Positions 1 through 6,786 of a DNA stretch of 17,668 nt are shown piece by piece (the first letter of the stretch is position 1; the number at the start of each line of letters is the position of its first letter). Made by a program: the position numbers and the translations under genes. Source of the DNA: a virus (lineage: Duplodnaviria; Heunggongvirae; Uroviricota; Caudoviricetes); IMG/VR virus record IMGVR_UViG_3300025450_000021, positions 1-17,668 of that record. One strand, 5' to 3'. The notes below the pieces were generated by a model. The model searched no databases, had not been told where the DNA came from, and saw only the letters and a program-made list of their open reading frames with translations.

Positions 1-96
1 ATTGTCACCGACTTCACGTTTGATCTCAAACTTATTTAGGTCTGTAGTTTTCATACGGTGAATTAATTCATCAGTTATTTGTTTGGCGTTCTGCAT
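1..96 (-). CDS. Hypothetical protein, 5' part only (MQNAKQITDELIHRMKTTDLNKFEIKREVGDN...), runs off the left edge
   Basis: Not in the ORF track. ATG at 96-94 with a GAGG SD 6 nt upstream (103-106). The frame is open to position 1 and overlaps the end of the upstream gene, as neighbouring genes do. Confidence 0.6.
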   Translation of the reverse strand, partial: MQNAKQITDELIHRMKTTDLNKFEIKREVGDN

Positions 97-439
97 CTCG
101 TTCCTCTTTGAATTTTTCAACATCTTCAACAGCACTTAATAGTGTATGAGCATAGTTAAATGCTTGTTGTTTACGCATAACTAGGGTAGACTCTGTATCG
201 ATATAGCCTTTAGTTAACAATGTCCAAATATGATGCCAGCGATCCTTGCTCCACCAATTGCTTCTTACAGTTGTATAAACAGTAACACTGACTTCGCCAT
301 GATCGTCAGCTTCTACCCATACATGATGATCGTGCTCAGAAGCACCACACTCACAGGCAACTCGGTAGACTTTACTCTTACCCCAGTCGTTAGTTTGCAT
401 AATACCTTCAGCTGGTACTTGTATTCTTAGGTCAGTCAT
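71..439 (-). CDS. Hypothetical phage protein with a possible metal-binding CxC...H motif (ACECGASEHDHH)
   Basis: 122-aa ORF whose ATG overlaps the folE stop (ATGA, 436-439). Cys/His cluster near the N-terminus. Confidence 0.75.
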   Translation of the reverse strand: MTDLRIQVPAEGIMQTNDWGKSKVYRVACECGASEHDHHVWVEADDHGEVSVTVYTTVRSNWWSKDRWHHIWTLLTKGYIDTESTLVMRKQQAFNYAHTLLSAVEDVEKFKEERDAERQTNN

Positions 440-1206
440 TTAGAAGCATACTCCTGTTGCATTTTAATATTGTCAAAGAATTCTTTCTTTGTGCCAGCAT
501 CATTAGTAAACGCACCTTTGAGTACTGTGGTCTGTGTTAAACTACTCTTGGCCATAATACCGCGATTCTCACAGCAACCATGTGTAGCTTGAATATACAC
601 ACCTAAATCCATGGCTCCTGTAGCTTTTTGGATTTCCCTAGCAATATCGTTACACAACTCTTCCTGGAGAGTCCCGCGACGAGCACACCACTGAGCAATA
701 CGAGTGTACTTAGACAAACCAATAAGTTTTTGTGCGGCGATGATGCCAATGTAAGCGACACCAGTAACGGGCTGATGATGATGACTGCACATAGAGCGGA
801 GCTCACTACGTACCACCAACATACCTTCGTATCGATCCACCGAGTCGTTGGGAAATGCTGTTGCGTCTGGTGCTGGTTCATATCTGCCACTCATTATTTC
901 GTTGAAATACATTTTAGCTAATCGCTTGGCTGTACCTTTGCTATTAGGATCATTTTCACGATCAATAAGCAAACAATCTAATACTTTTTCAAAAGCCTTA
1001 GTAGCTTCTTCGATTAAGACTTCTTTTTGTTCTTCGTCGACAAACTCGCTAATGTTGTCACCGGCCCAAAAACGTTTGCCTCGTCGTTTCATTTGAAAGC
1101 GGATAACATCTGCTAGATTACATTCTTTATAATTTTTGTCATCATCGCCTTGCTGTTCTGCGCCAGCAAGAATGTTTTCGTGTTCGTATATTCTGGATTC
1201 AGTCAT
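436..1206 (-). CDS. folE: GTP cyclohydrolase I (FolE)
   Basis: Family motifs RLAKMY.NEIMSG, SMCSHH (Zn ligands), LIGLSKY.RI, RR..LQE.L and ATHGCC..RGI (third Zn Cys), plus C-terminal GAF...K.EF. GGAG SD at 1212-1215. Confidence 0.97.
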   Translation of the reverse strand: MTESRIYEHENILAGAEQQGDDDKNYKECNLADVIRFQMKRRGKRFWAGDNISEFVDEEQKEVLIEEATKAFEKVLDCLLIDRENDPNSKGTAKRLAKMYFNEIMSGRYEPAPDATAFPNDSVDRYEGMLVVRSELRSMCSHHHQPVTGVAYIGIIAAQKLIGLSKYTRIAQWCARRGTLQEELCNDIAREIQKATGAMDLGVYIQATHGCCENRGIMAKSSLTQTTVLKGAFTNDAGTKKEFFDNIKMQQEYASK

Positions 1207-1223
1207 TATTACTCCTATGTGTT

Positions 1224-1253
1224 ATTATATAGGTTTATTTAGGTCGTTGTCAA
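1224..1253 (-). promoter_or_regulatory. Sigma70-type promoter upstream of folE (TTGACA-N18-TATAAT)
   Basis: Reverse complement reads TTGACA (1253-1248), an 18-nt spacer, then TATAAT (1229-1224), a perfect consensus. The spacer also contains TAAATA. Confidence 0.8.
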
Positions 1254-1453
1254 TTATTTTGTGCTCGAAGTTTACGGCATGCTTCTTTAACAGGTATAGG
1301 ATAGTCAGGACTAATTTCCGAAATTGAACAATCATATTTTACAGTAATGGCAGGATGTACAGTTACATACCATGCTGTATAGATGCAGGCAGTTAATGCT
1401 ATAATAAGGATTGTGATTACATCCCAATTTTGTCTGATAAAAGTATTTTGCAT
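1250..1453 (-). CDS. Small membrane-anchored protein (one TM helix followed by a CxxS...C segment)
   Basis: 67 aa with hydrophobic stretch VITILIIALTACIYTAWYVTV and a C-terminal YDCS...PDYP..VKEACR segment. Fills the gap in the minus-strand run. Confidence 0.65.
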   Translation of the reverse strand: MQNTFIRQNWDVITILIIALTACIYTAWYVTVHPAITVKYDCSISEISPDYPIPVKEACRKLRAQNN

Positions 1454-1635
1454 AAATGGTAATCTTTTTTTGATTTAAAACGAAAAAACATACAATTAGT
1501 ATGGGGATGACTAGTATATCTATCACCGGGCAATCCAAACACTTCTACAATATCGGCACATAATTCATTCCACCAATATTCTTTTTGACCCTGCCAAGGT
1601 ACTTTGATTTCCCAAAGGATATCAGTAACGTCCAT
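1417..1635 (-). CDS. Hypothetical phage protein
   Basis: 72-aa ORF overlapping the upstream stop region. Protein-like composition (VPW...WWNE.CA..VE.FGLPG.RY). Confidence 0.7.
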   Translation of the reverse strand: MDVTDILWEIKVPWQGQKEYWWNELCADIVEVFGLPGDRYTSHPHTNCMFFRFKSKKDYHLCKILLSDKIGM

Positions 1636-1780
1636 TTAATTTTGCTTCTTTTAATTCATCTTGAAGATAATCAATGTAGCTAGTTAGTGCCATACGTGCA
1701 TTTTCTGTATCGGCAGATCTCAAATCTTCTTCGACTTTTTTAATCTTATCTTCAATTTCTGAAACAGTTAACTCATTCAT
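1622..1780 (-). CDS. Small coiled-coil hypothetical protein (52 aa)
   Basis: Start reassigned to ATG 1780 (MNELTVSE...), which has a GAGG SD and an ATGA overlap with the upstream stop at 1777-1779. Heptad-like charged helix. Confidence 0.7.
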   Translation of the reverse strand: MNELTVSEIEDKIKKVEEDLRSADTENARMALTSYIDYLQDELKEAKLNGRY

Positions 1781-1974
1781 TTCTTTAACCTCGTAGCAAG
1801 ACTGCCTCCAAATAATACATTGAAAGCTAACCAAGTTTGCCAAGTAAATGGGATATTTAATACTGGAAATAAAGTATTCAAACTCCAAATACCTACAAGG
1901 GGTCCAAATACAACTGCAATTACAATAAATGCAATACCAAATGTAAGTTTTATTAATGCTGAAGTCATAGTCAT
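1777..1974 (-). CDS. Small membrane protein (65 aa, about 2 TM)
   Basis: Start reassigned to ATG 1974, with an ATGA overlap with the PRTase stop and a GGAGG SD. Two hydrophobic stretches. Confidence 0.7.
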   Translation of the reverse strand: MTMTSALIKLTFGIAFIVIAVVFGPLVGIWSLNTLFPVLNIPFTWQTWLAFNVLFGGSLATRLKK

Positions 1975-2462
1975 AACCAAAAATCCTCCCAAGGATAAAC
2001 TAACCAGCAGTCTTCTTCTGCTTTGTTTACAGACCAAACATAATAGTCTGGGTCTTTGAATTCACTGCTGAGGTTGTGTGTTAAAACTGCAAAGCGAACT
2101 GTATCGCCCCAAACATATTGCCATTGGGTCTCACCGGGTAAACAACTAGATTGCCAATCTTTTTTAATCCAAGCGACAGTAGATCCTTGATCATTGATGT
2201 CATCAACAACAAGAATCCGTTTACCTTCATAAGCATCTTCGGCCATATTACAGTTACTAACACAATCTCCTCCGTCGCGTAGACTTACGTCTAACGATTT
2301 CATCGGAATACCGGTATACTGACTTAATAAATTAGCTGGCACAAGTCCACCGCGGGTTATACCTACAATATAGTCGGGACGCCAATAGTGTGCCGACATT
2401 TGGCGAGCGATATCTAATACCGCTCCTTCGACTTGTTGCCAAGTGTAGTGGATTTTTTTCAT
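1971..2462 (-). CDS. Type I phosphoribosyltransferase, purine (xanthine/hypoxanthine-guanine) PRTase-like
   Basis: PDYIVGITRGGLVPA and the PRPP-binding loop RILVVDDINDQGST. C-terminal WLVYPWE as in xanthine-guanine PRTases. Start reassigned to ATG 2462 (ATGA overlap). Confidence 0.9.
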   Translation of the reverse strand: MKKIHYTWQQVEGAVLDIARQMSAHYWRPDYIVGITRGGLVPANLLSQYTGIPMKSLDVSLRDGGDCVSNCNMAEDAYEGKRILVVDDINDQGSTVAWIKKDWQSSCLPGETQWQYVWGDTVRFAVLTHNLSSEFKDPDYYVWSVNKAEEDCWLVYPWEDFWL

Positions 2463-2698
2463 GCTGTTAGGCCACTTGCCAATGTTTGGCATTCTTCCTT
2501 AGTCATAAAGAAATTATATGTTTGTGAGTCAACAACTTCGCCATCTTTTAAATGTTGCTGTTCTAAATCAAGAGCAAACAAACCTTTTGGAGCAAGTACT
2601 TCGTGTTTCTTTAACACAAGTCGAAAACCTTCTTGTTCTTTGATAACTATTTCTTTGTAGGTATCTTTAATTGATTCGTGTAATTGTTCAACTTGCAT
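2459..2698 (-). CDS. Hypothetical protein (79 aa)
   Basis: Start reassigned to MQVEQ (ATG 2698), 6 nt after a GGAG SD inside the upstream gene's 3' end. Confidence 0.7.
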   Translation of the reverse strand: MQVEQLHESIKDTYKEIVIKEQEGFRLVLKKHEVLAPKGLFALDLEQQHLKDGEVVDSQTYNFFMTKEECQTLASGLTA

Positions 2699-3080
2699 CT
2701 TCATCTCCTTTAATTGCTTCAAATGTTCTATATTTGCCCAAAGCATTGATGTAGTCATCATATAACTTCTTTAGCTTTGGATGTTTACGTTCTAGTGTAA
2801 CATCTCTTTCTGGAATTTGCAAGACTTTTTCAATTGTCTTTAGCCGTTCTTCCAGATCGCGGCCATTTATTACAAGATTACCTTTGACATCTAATGTAGG
2901 CGGGTTGGATTGACTGATTGTCAGTGCGGCATCATAAGGATTGGCAACACTAGTACCAGTAGTCCAGACAGTGTTAGTTCCAGTCGACGTTAAATAACCA
3001 CCATTTGGTATAGTAGCTGTGCTGGTACCATTAGTATATACTGAAGTAGCAGTTGTATTAATTGTTGGGAAGTAGGCCAT
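2688..3080 (-). CDS. Hypothetical protein, Thr/Gly/Ser-rich N-terminus and helical C-terminal domain
   Basis: Low-complexity N-terminal half followed by GNLVINGRDLEERL...KHPKLKKLYDDY. Start probably ATG 3080 (MAYFP); the track start is 3092. Confidence 0.75.
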   Translation of the reverse strand: MAYFPTINTTATSVYTNGTSTATIPNGGYLTSTGTNTVWTTGTSVANPYDAALTISQSNPPTLDVKGNLVINGRDLEERLKTIEKVLQIPERDVTLERKHPKLKKLYDDYINALGKYRTFEAIKGDEDAS

Positions 3081-3549
3081 TCTTTCTATCACTTAAATAT
3101 TTTTCAAAGTGGATCCATTTATTTTCTACAATAAATCCCCACTCGCGTTGGCGTTTGCCCACAAAGAACAATGTCCATGGAGTAACGCCTTCTTTTAATT
3201 CAATACGATGGAAGGTATGTGTGTTACCAAAACGGAAACTGCCGGGGCCACGCCATACTCTTACTTCACAGTTCTTTGTACCATCTTCGTTAAATTGAGC
3301 GATCCACTCATAGTAGCCGCCAGCAAGAATAATAGTAAAATAGTTCCAAGGATGATCATGAACATCATCTGGATCTGATTTTAAGAACTTGTGTAAAAAT
3401 ACGTTGTAAGGGAATGTTACACGTTCTTTGAATAGAACATAGTAACGTTCGAGATATGGTTCGTTCTCTGCACGATCCATAATGATGCGTTTACGGTCAT
3501 GGCGTTCAAGCCAATTAAGGACGAGGTCTTTGATCTTCTGGAGTATCAT
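3058..3549 (-). CDS. Cupin-fold (RmlC-like) metalloprotein
   Basis: Cupin motif 1-like LHKF..SDPDDVHDHPW.YFTIILAGGYYE and motif 2-like GPGSFRF...HTFHRIEL, followed by WTLFFVG.R.REWGF. Confidence 0.75.
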   Translation of the reverse strand: MILQKIKDLVLNWLERHDRKRIIMDRAENEPYLERYYVLFKERVTFPYNVFLHKFLKSDPDDVHDHPWNYFTIILAGGYYEWIAQFNEDGTKNCEVRVWRGPGSFRFGNTHTFHRIELKEGVTPWTLFFVGKRQREWGFIVENKWIHFEKYLSDRKNGLLPNN

Positions 3550-3949
3550 AATGGTCTTTCACTAGTTGATAAGTTGTTTTAAATTTTTCAAATGCTATTT
3601 TTAATCCAGGATATTCATCGCACATTTTTTGTATTCTACTTATATCGGGCAATGTATCTACAAATTCTATAGGCATCTTATATTCGTAGCCTGCTGAACC
3701 TGTAAGAGTAATAGTAGGACCCGAACCGATAGTACCTGAAACAGCACCAGTACTACTAATGGTAAAAGCATTACCACTCGATATTCCTGCACCTGTATAG
3801 TAATAACTAGACCCTGTAGTACTATTAATAGTAATATTACTTAGGGCAGATATTTGATCAGACGTTAACGGTTGTATTTCTTGAGCTGTTATACCAACAG
3901 AATCACTTGACCAATTGAAGGAGTTTGTTAGCACTGAAGAAGTTGTCAT
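3515..3949 (-). CDS. Hypothetical protein, Ser/Thr/Gly-rich N-terminus and helical C-terminal domain
   Basis: AAGGA SD 5 nt before the ATG. Low-complexity region followed by KMCDEYPGLKIAFEKF, similar to the C-terminus of 2688..3080. Confidence 0.75.
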   Translation of the reverse strand: MTTSSVLTNSFNWSSDSVGITAQEIQPLTSDQISALSNITINSTTGSSYYYTGAGISSGNAFTISSTGAVSGTIGSGPTITLTGSAGYEYKMPIEFVDTLPDISRIQKMCDEYPGLKIAFEKFKTTYQLVKDHYDTPEDQRPRP

Positions 3950-5003
3950 GTAAGTCCTTTGTTTGTTTTCGAACAGTGGGAATCATGCGTGTATGATTGT
4001 CCATTAACTCTATAATCTTACGACACAGATCGGGACGATATACAGTATAAGCATTAAAATCTTCTGTCCATTTGCTTGGATATTTAAATCCTTCATAATA
4101 CATTTCGCTGTAACTAAGTCTATCGGGTACTAGCGGAATAGCATCAACTACCGCACCTTCATAGCAACTAATGCCTAGTGTTTCTTGTAAGTTAGCACTA
4201 AACACCATCTTTGCTTCGCCTAACAAGTTATGATATTCATTTTTTGTTAGCTGTTGATCCTGACACACTACAAATTCATACTGCGGTAAATGCGTAGCTA
4301 AGTCTCTGAAAATCTCAACTTGCTTCTCGGGTGCGATGCGATGAGGGAAAAGAATTAGATTACGCTTGGGCATGTTCTTATACATGAGTAGTATATCTTC
4401 CATATACTCCATCGGCCACCCTGTTTGTTGCATCTTGGGAAATTTACTGTCTAATACTTCGGCTAAATCTTCTTCATACCAAGGATTTTCATTTTGAAAT
4501 CCTCCGTTGAGTAATTCTCTAAAGAATAATTCCATATGAAATTTAGTAGCAAAGTAATTATGATCAAACGCATGATAAAAACTTTGTTCAGCGTGTCTAA
4601 CCCAAGGTTTAGCACCGACTAGACGTCCTAAGAAATCTTGAGGATCATAACTGCCAGCATGCCATAGGCCGTGTGTTGTTACAGGAATTTGCAACAACTC
4701 ACTCATATACTTTAAGTTTATGATACCAGGGTGCCAAGCATCAGTGAAGATGAAATGATCGCCAGGCTGAACTGATCCGGAGCAAAATAGACGCCCCATT
4801 TGTTCCACTTGTCGAGACTTATATATATTGGTGCCGCCAAAATTAAGAAAAGCACCAGGAGTAGTGGCTGTAGGAATATCCGTAGGCCCAGATATAATTT
4901 GAACATTGTGTCCTGCCTTTCGTAAGAGAGCAGGTACATGAGTCTTCCATTGACCCGTGTACCTAGTTTCAACAGCTTCTAAATCAATTAGAAATACGGT
5001 CAT
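3903..5003 (-). CDS. Glycosyltransferase, GT-B fold (GT4-like)
   Basis: 366 aa. C-terminal nucleotide-sugar-binding motifs FPHRIAPEKQ (R..xEK) and QETLGISCYEGAVVDAIPLV (E.FG...lEA...G.P.v type EX7E motif). Confidence 0.88.
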   Translation of the reverse strand: MTVFLIDLEAVETRYTGQWKTHVPALLRKAGHNVQIISGPTDIPTATTPGAFLNFGGTNIYKSRQVEQMGRLFCSGSVQPGDHFIFTDAWHPGIINLKYMSELLQIPVTTHGLWHAGSYDPQDFLGRLVGAKPWVRHAEQSFYHAFDHNYFATKFHMELFFRELLNGGFQNENPWYEEDLAEVLDSKFPKMQQTGWPMEYMEDILLMYKNMPKRNLILFPHRIAPEKQVEIFRDLATHLPQYEFVVCQDQQLTKNEYHNLLGEAKMVFSANLQETLGISCYEGAVVDAIPLVPDRLSYSEMYYEGFKYPSKWTEDFNAYTVYRPDLCRKIIELMDNHTRMIPTVRKQTKDLHDNFFSANKLLQLVK

Positions 5004-5241
5004 TATTGTATCTCGGATTTTTACCTAGATAAGGTTTACGTTCGCCTGTGAAAGGCTTCTTAGGACGACGTGTCTTGTCGAAGTTACGCCACTGCCAGCT
5101 TTCTCTGTTGTAGAGGTGAGCTTCGTTAAACTCGCAGAGTTCTGTACGGCACCAATCATGGAATGCCTCGAGATCATCAAATAATTTAACAATATCGGGA
5201 CGTGTTTCGAAATAACTAAAGTCCTTGTAATTCTTAGCCAT
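4984..5241 (-). CDS. Hypothetical protein (85 aa, basic C-terminal tail)
   Basis: TAAGGA SD upstream. Lies between the QueD-like gene and the glycosyltransferase and overlaps the GT start. Confidence 0.8.
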   Translation of the reverse strand: MAKNYKDFSYFETRPDIVKLFDDLEAFHDWCRTELCEFNEAHLYNRESWQWRNFDKTRRPKKPFTGERKPYLGKNPRYNNDRISN

Positions 5242-5252
5242 TATAGCTTTCC

Positions 5253-5651
5253 TTAATATTTAATAAATGAACCATTTTCTCCGTCTTCGGAGACCTCAAT
5301 CCAAACCTCACGGCTTGGATACTTTTGTGAAATCATGTCATACAAATCGTCTGACATCATCTCGCAACTTTTATAATCCAGTTTTAGTATACTGTCTTTG
5401 TATAAATTTTCCAACCAGCGTTTGAACTGGATGAATTCGACATCACGGTCGTTGTGGGTAACTGAAAGCCAAACACGAAAATGGAATATATGACGATGAG
5501 GAGTAGCCAAAAACGATACATCATATTCATCTCCTGTTGCTAAGTTTGGATCAGTTGCGGCCGCTGGATAAGCATGGATGCCTTCTTTTTGGAAGGTGAC
5601 CCAGATCATCTTGTTTGGTCGCCAGTCTTGACGTAGTGTACTTTGTGTCAT
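5253..5651 (-). CDS. dpdL: QueD/PTPS-like T-fold protein, DpdL-like (predicted 7-carboxy-7-deazaguanine decarboxylase family)
   Basis: PTPS-like pattern: N-terminal His (EGIH), HxH pair (PHRH), EFIQFKRWL (DF..lK equivalent), SCEMM (T/SxE) and C-terminal IEVSEDGENGS (V.V.E). The QueD CxxxHGH motif is replaced by LATPHRHIF = LxxxHRHxF (5484-5510), which I recall as the DpdL signature. Confidence 0.75.
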   Translation of the reverse strand: MTQSTLRQDWRPNKMIWVTFQKEGIHAYPAAATDPNLATGDEYDVSFLATPHRHIFHFRVWLSVTHNDRDVEFIQFKRWLENLYKDSILKLDYKSCEMMSDDLYDMISQKYPSREVWIEVSEDGENGSFIKY

Positions 5652-6250
5652 ATAGTTTCCTCAAAAAGGTTTTGATAATTTGAACGGGACATTCTTTCTA
5701 TTGCTGGCATATCATCTTTACTTAATCTAAAGTAAAAACTATCGGATCTAGAATTACATTTTTCAAAATATCCCCAATGACCTTTGACATGTGTACAACT
5801 TAAGGCTGTGTTAGAAACAATTTGATCTTTTCCGTGAATAAATGCTTCTTTAAATTTTTGTTGAATATGTGGAACTGTAAAATCAAATAATTCAGCTTTG
5901 ATAATTTTAAAATTTTCTGTAGTAACTCTTATCTGATATTGTAATTTTTGCCAAATGCTTGAATCTTCATATAATGTATTGGCAACTTTTGAAGGATGTA
6001 TAGTTCCAATAGTATGAGGACTTGTAGCAGATACATCTCTAGTCTTAACTTCTACATAGTATGTAATATTAAATAAATTAAGTACTAACGTAAAATCGGC
6101 ACCTTCTCCGGGTTGGATAGGAACGCCCATATTTCGTAGTATAAGTTCAACATGGCGACCAGCTTTTCCTCCTTGGTTAGTTGGAACTATAAGTCCGACT
6201 AATGGTTGACAAATCTGCTGTTCTATAAGTTGTCGAATTTGTGTATTCAT
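5648..6250 (-). CDS. PD-(D/E)xK nuclease, restriction-endonuclease-like (MutH/Sau3AI/MvaI-type pattern)
   Basis: GGKAGRHVELIL (motif I Glu), GADF (motif II Asp) and YVEVKT (E-x-K). Markedly more AT-rich than its neighbours. Confidence 0.65.
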   Translation of the reverse strand: MNTQIRQLIEQQICQPLVGLIVPTNQGGKAGRHVELILRNMGVPIQPGEGADFTLVLNLFNITYYVEVKTRDVSATSPHTIGTIHPSKVANTLYEDSSIWQKLQYQIRVTTENFKIIKAELFDFTVPHIQQKFKEAFIHGKDQIVSNTALSCTHVKGHWGYFEKCNSRSDSFYFRLSKDDMPAIERMSRSNYQNLFEETI

Positions 6251-6786
6251 AATGATGTGTCTTGTGTATACTGATCCCAGTGAGTATATTTGTCCATACT
6301 CATTAGATCATGTAGTTGATGTGTCCACACACCTGGATTTGTAGCACCCCAAGTGCGATCATCCAGTTTAAGTGTGGCGTTATAGTTGTGTTGATTAATG
6401 TAAGGTAACTTAACACTAATCATAGGTACGAATCTCGGATATTCACTGTATCCAGATTCAAGTACACCTTCAGAGTGACTGACATCAAAATCTAAAGTCA
6501 CCCAGTAGTCTTTCTTTAAACATGGAATAATAACATTATCCCACGCTCGATATTCTTCGTGGCTAATTGCTTTAGGATTAAAACTTTGGCTAGTACCAAA
6601 ATAGATATGCTTGATACGTTTAGATTCATCTAACATTGCTTGACTGTCATCGGCAATACGCAGGATATCTTCTACAGGTGGCGTGCCTACAACAAATAAT
6701 GTAAACATGCCATGACAAATAGTATGCTCTACTTCATAACCTGTAAAGTAAACGACACCTTGTCGTTCTTCTGTGTTTAATCCCAT
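6247..6786 (-). CDS. Protein of unknown function (179 aa) within the modification cluster
   Basis: GAGG SD, start overlaps the MDR gene end and stop overlaps the nuclease start. Alternating beta/alpha pattern (TLFVVG, HIYFG, WVTLDF, ISVKLP, TLKLDD). No family recognised. Confidence 0.8.
   Translation of the reverse strand: MGLNTEERQGVVYFTGYEVEHTICHGMFTLFVVGTPPVEDILRIADDSQAMLDESKRIKHIYFGTSQSFNPKAISHEEYRAWDNVIIPCLKKDYWVTLDFDVSHSEGVLESGYSEYPRFVPMISVKLPYINQHNYNATLKLDDRTWGATNPGVWTHQLHDLMSMDKYTHWDQYTQDTSL

Noticed and set aside
5253-5651. Annotation as canonical queD
   Set aside because: The catalytic CxxxHGH motif is absent and replaced by LxxxHRHxF.
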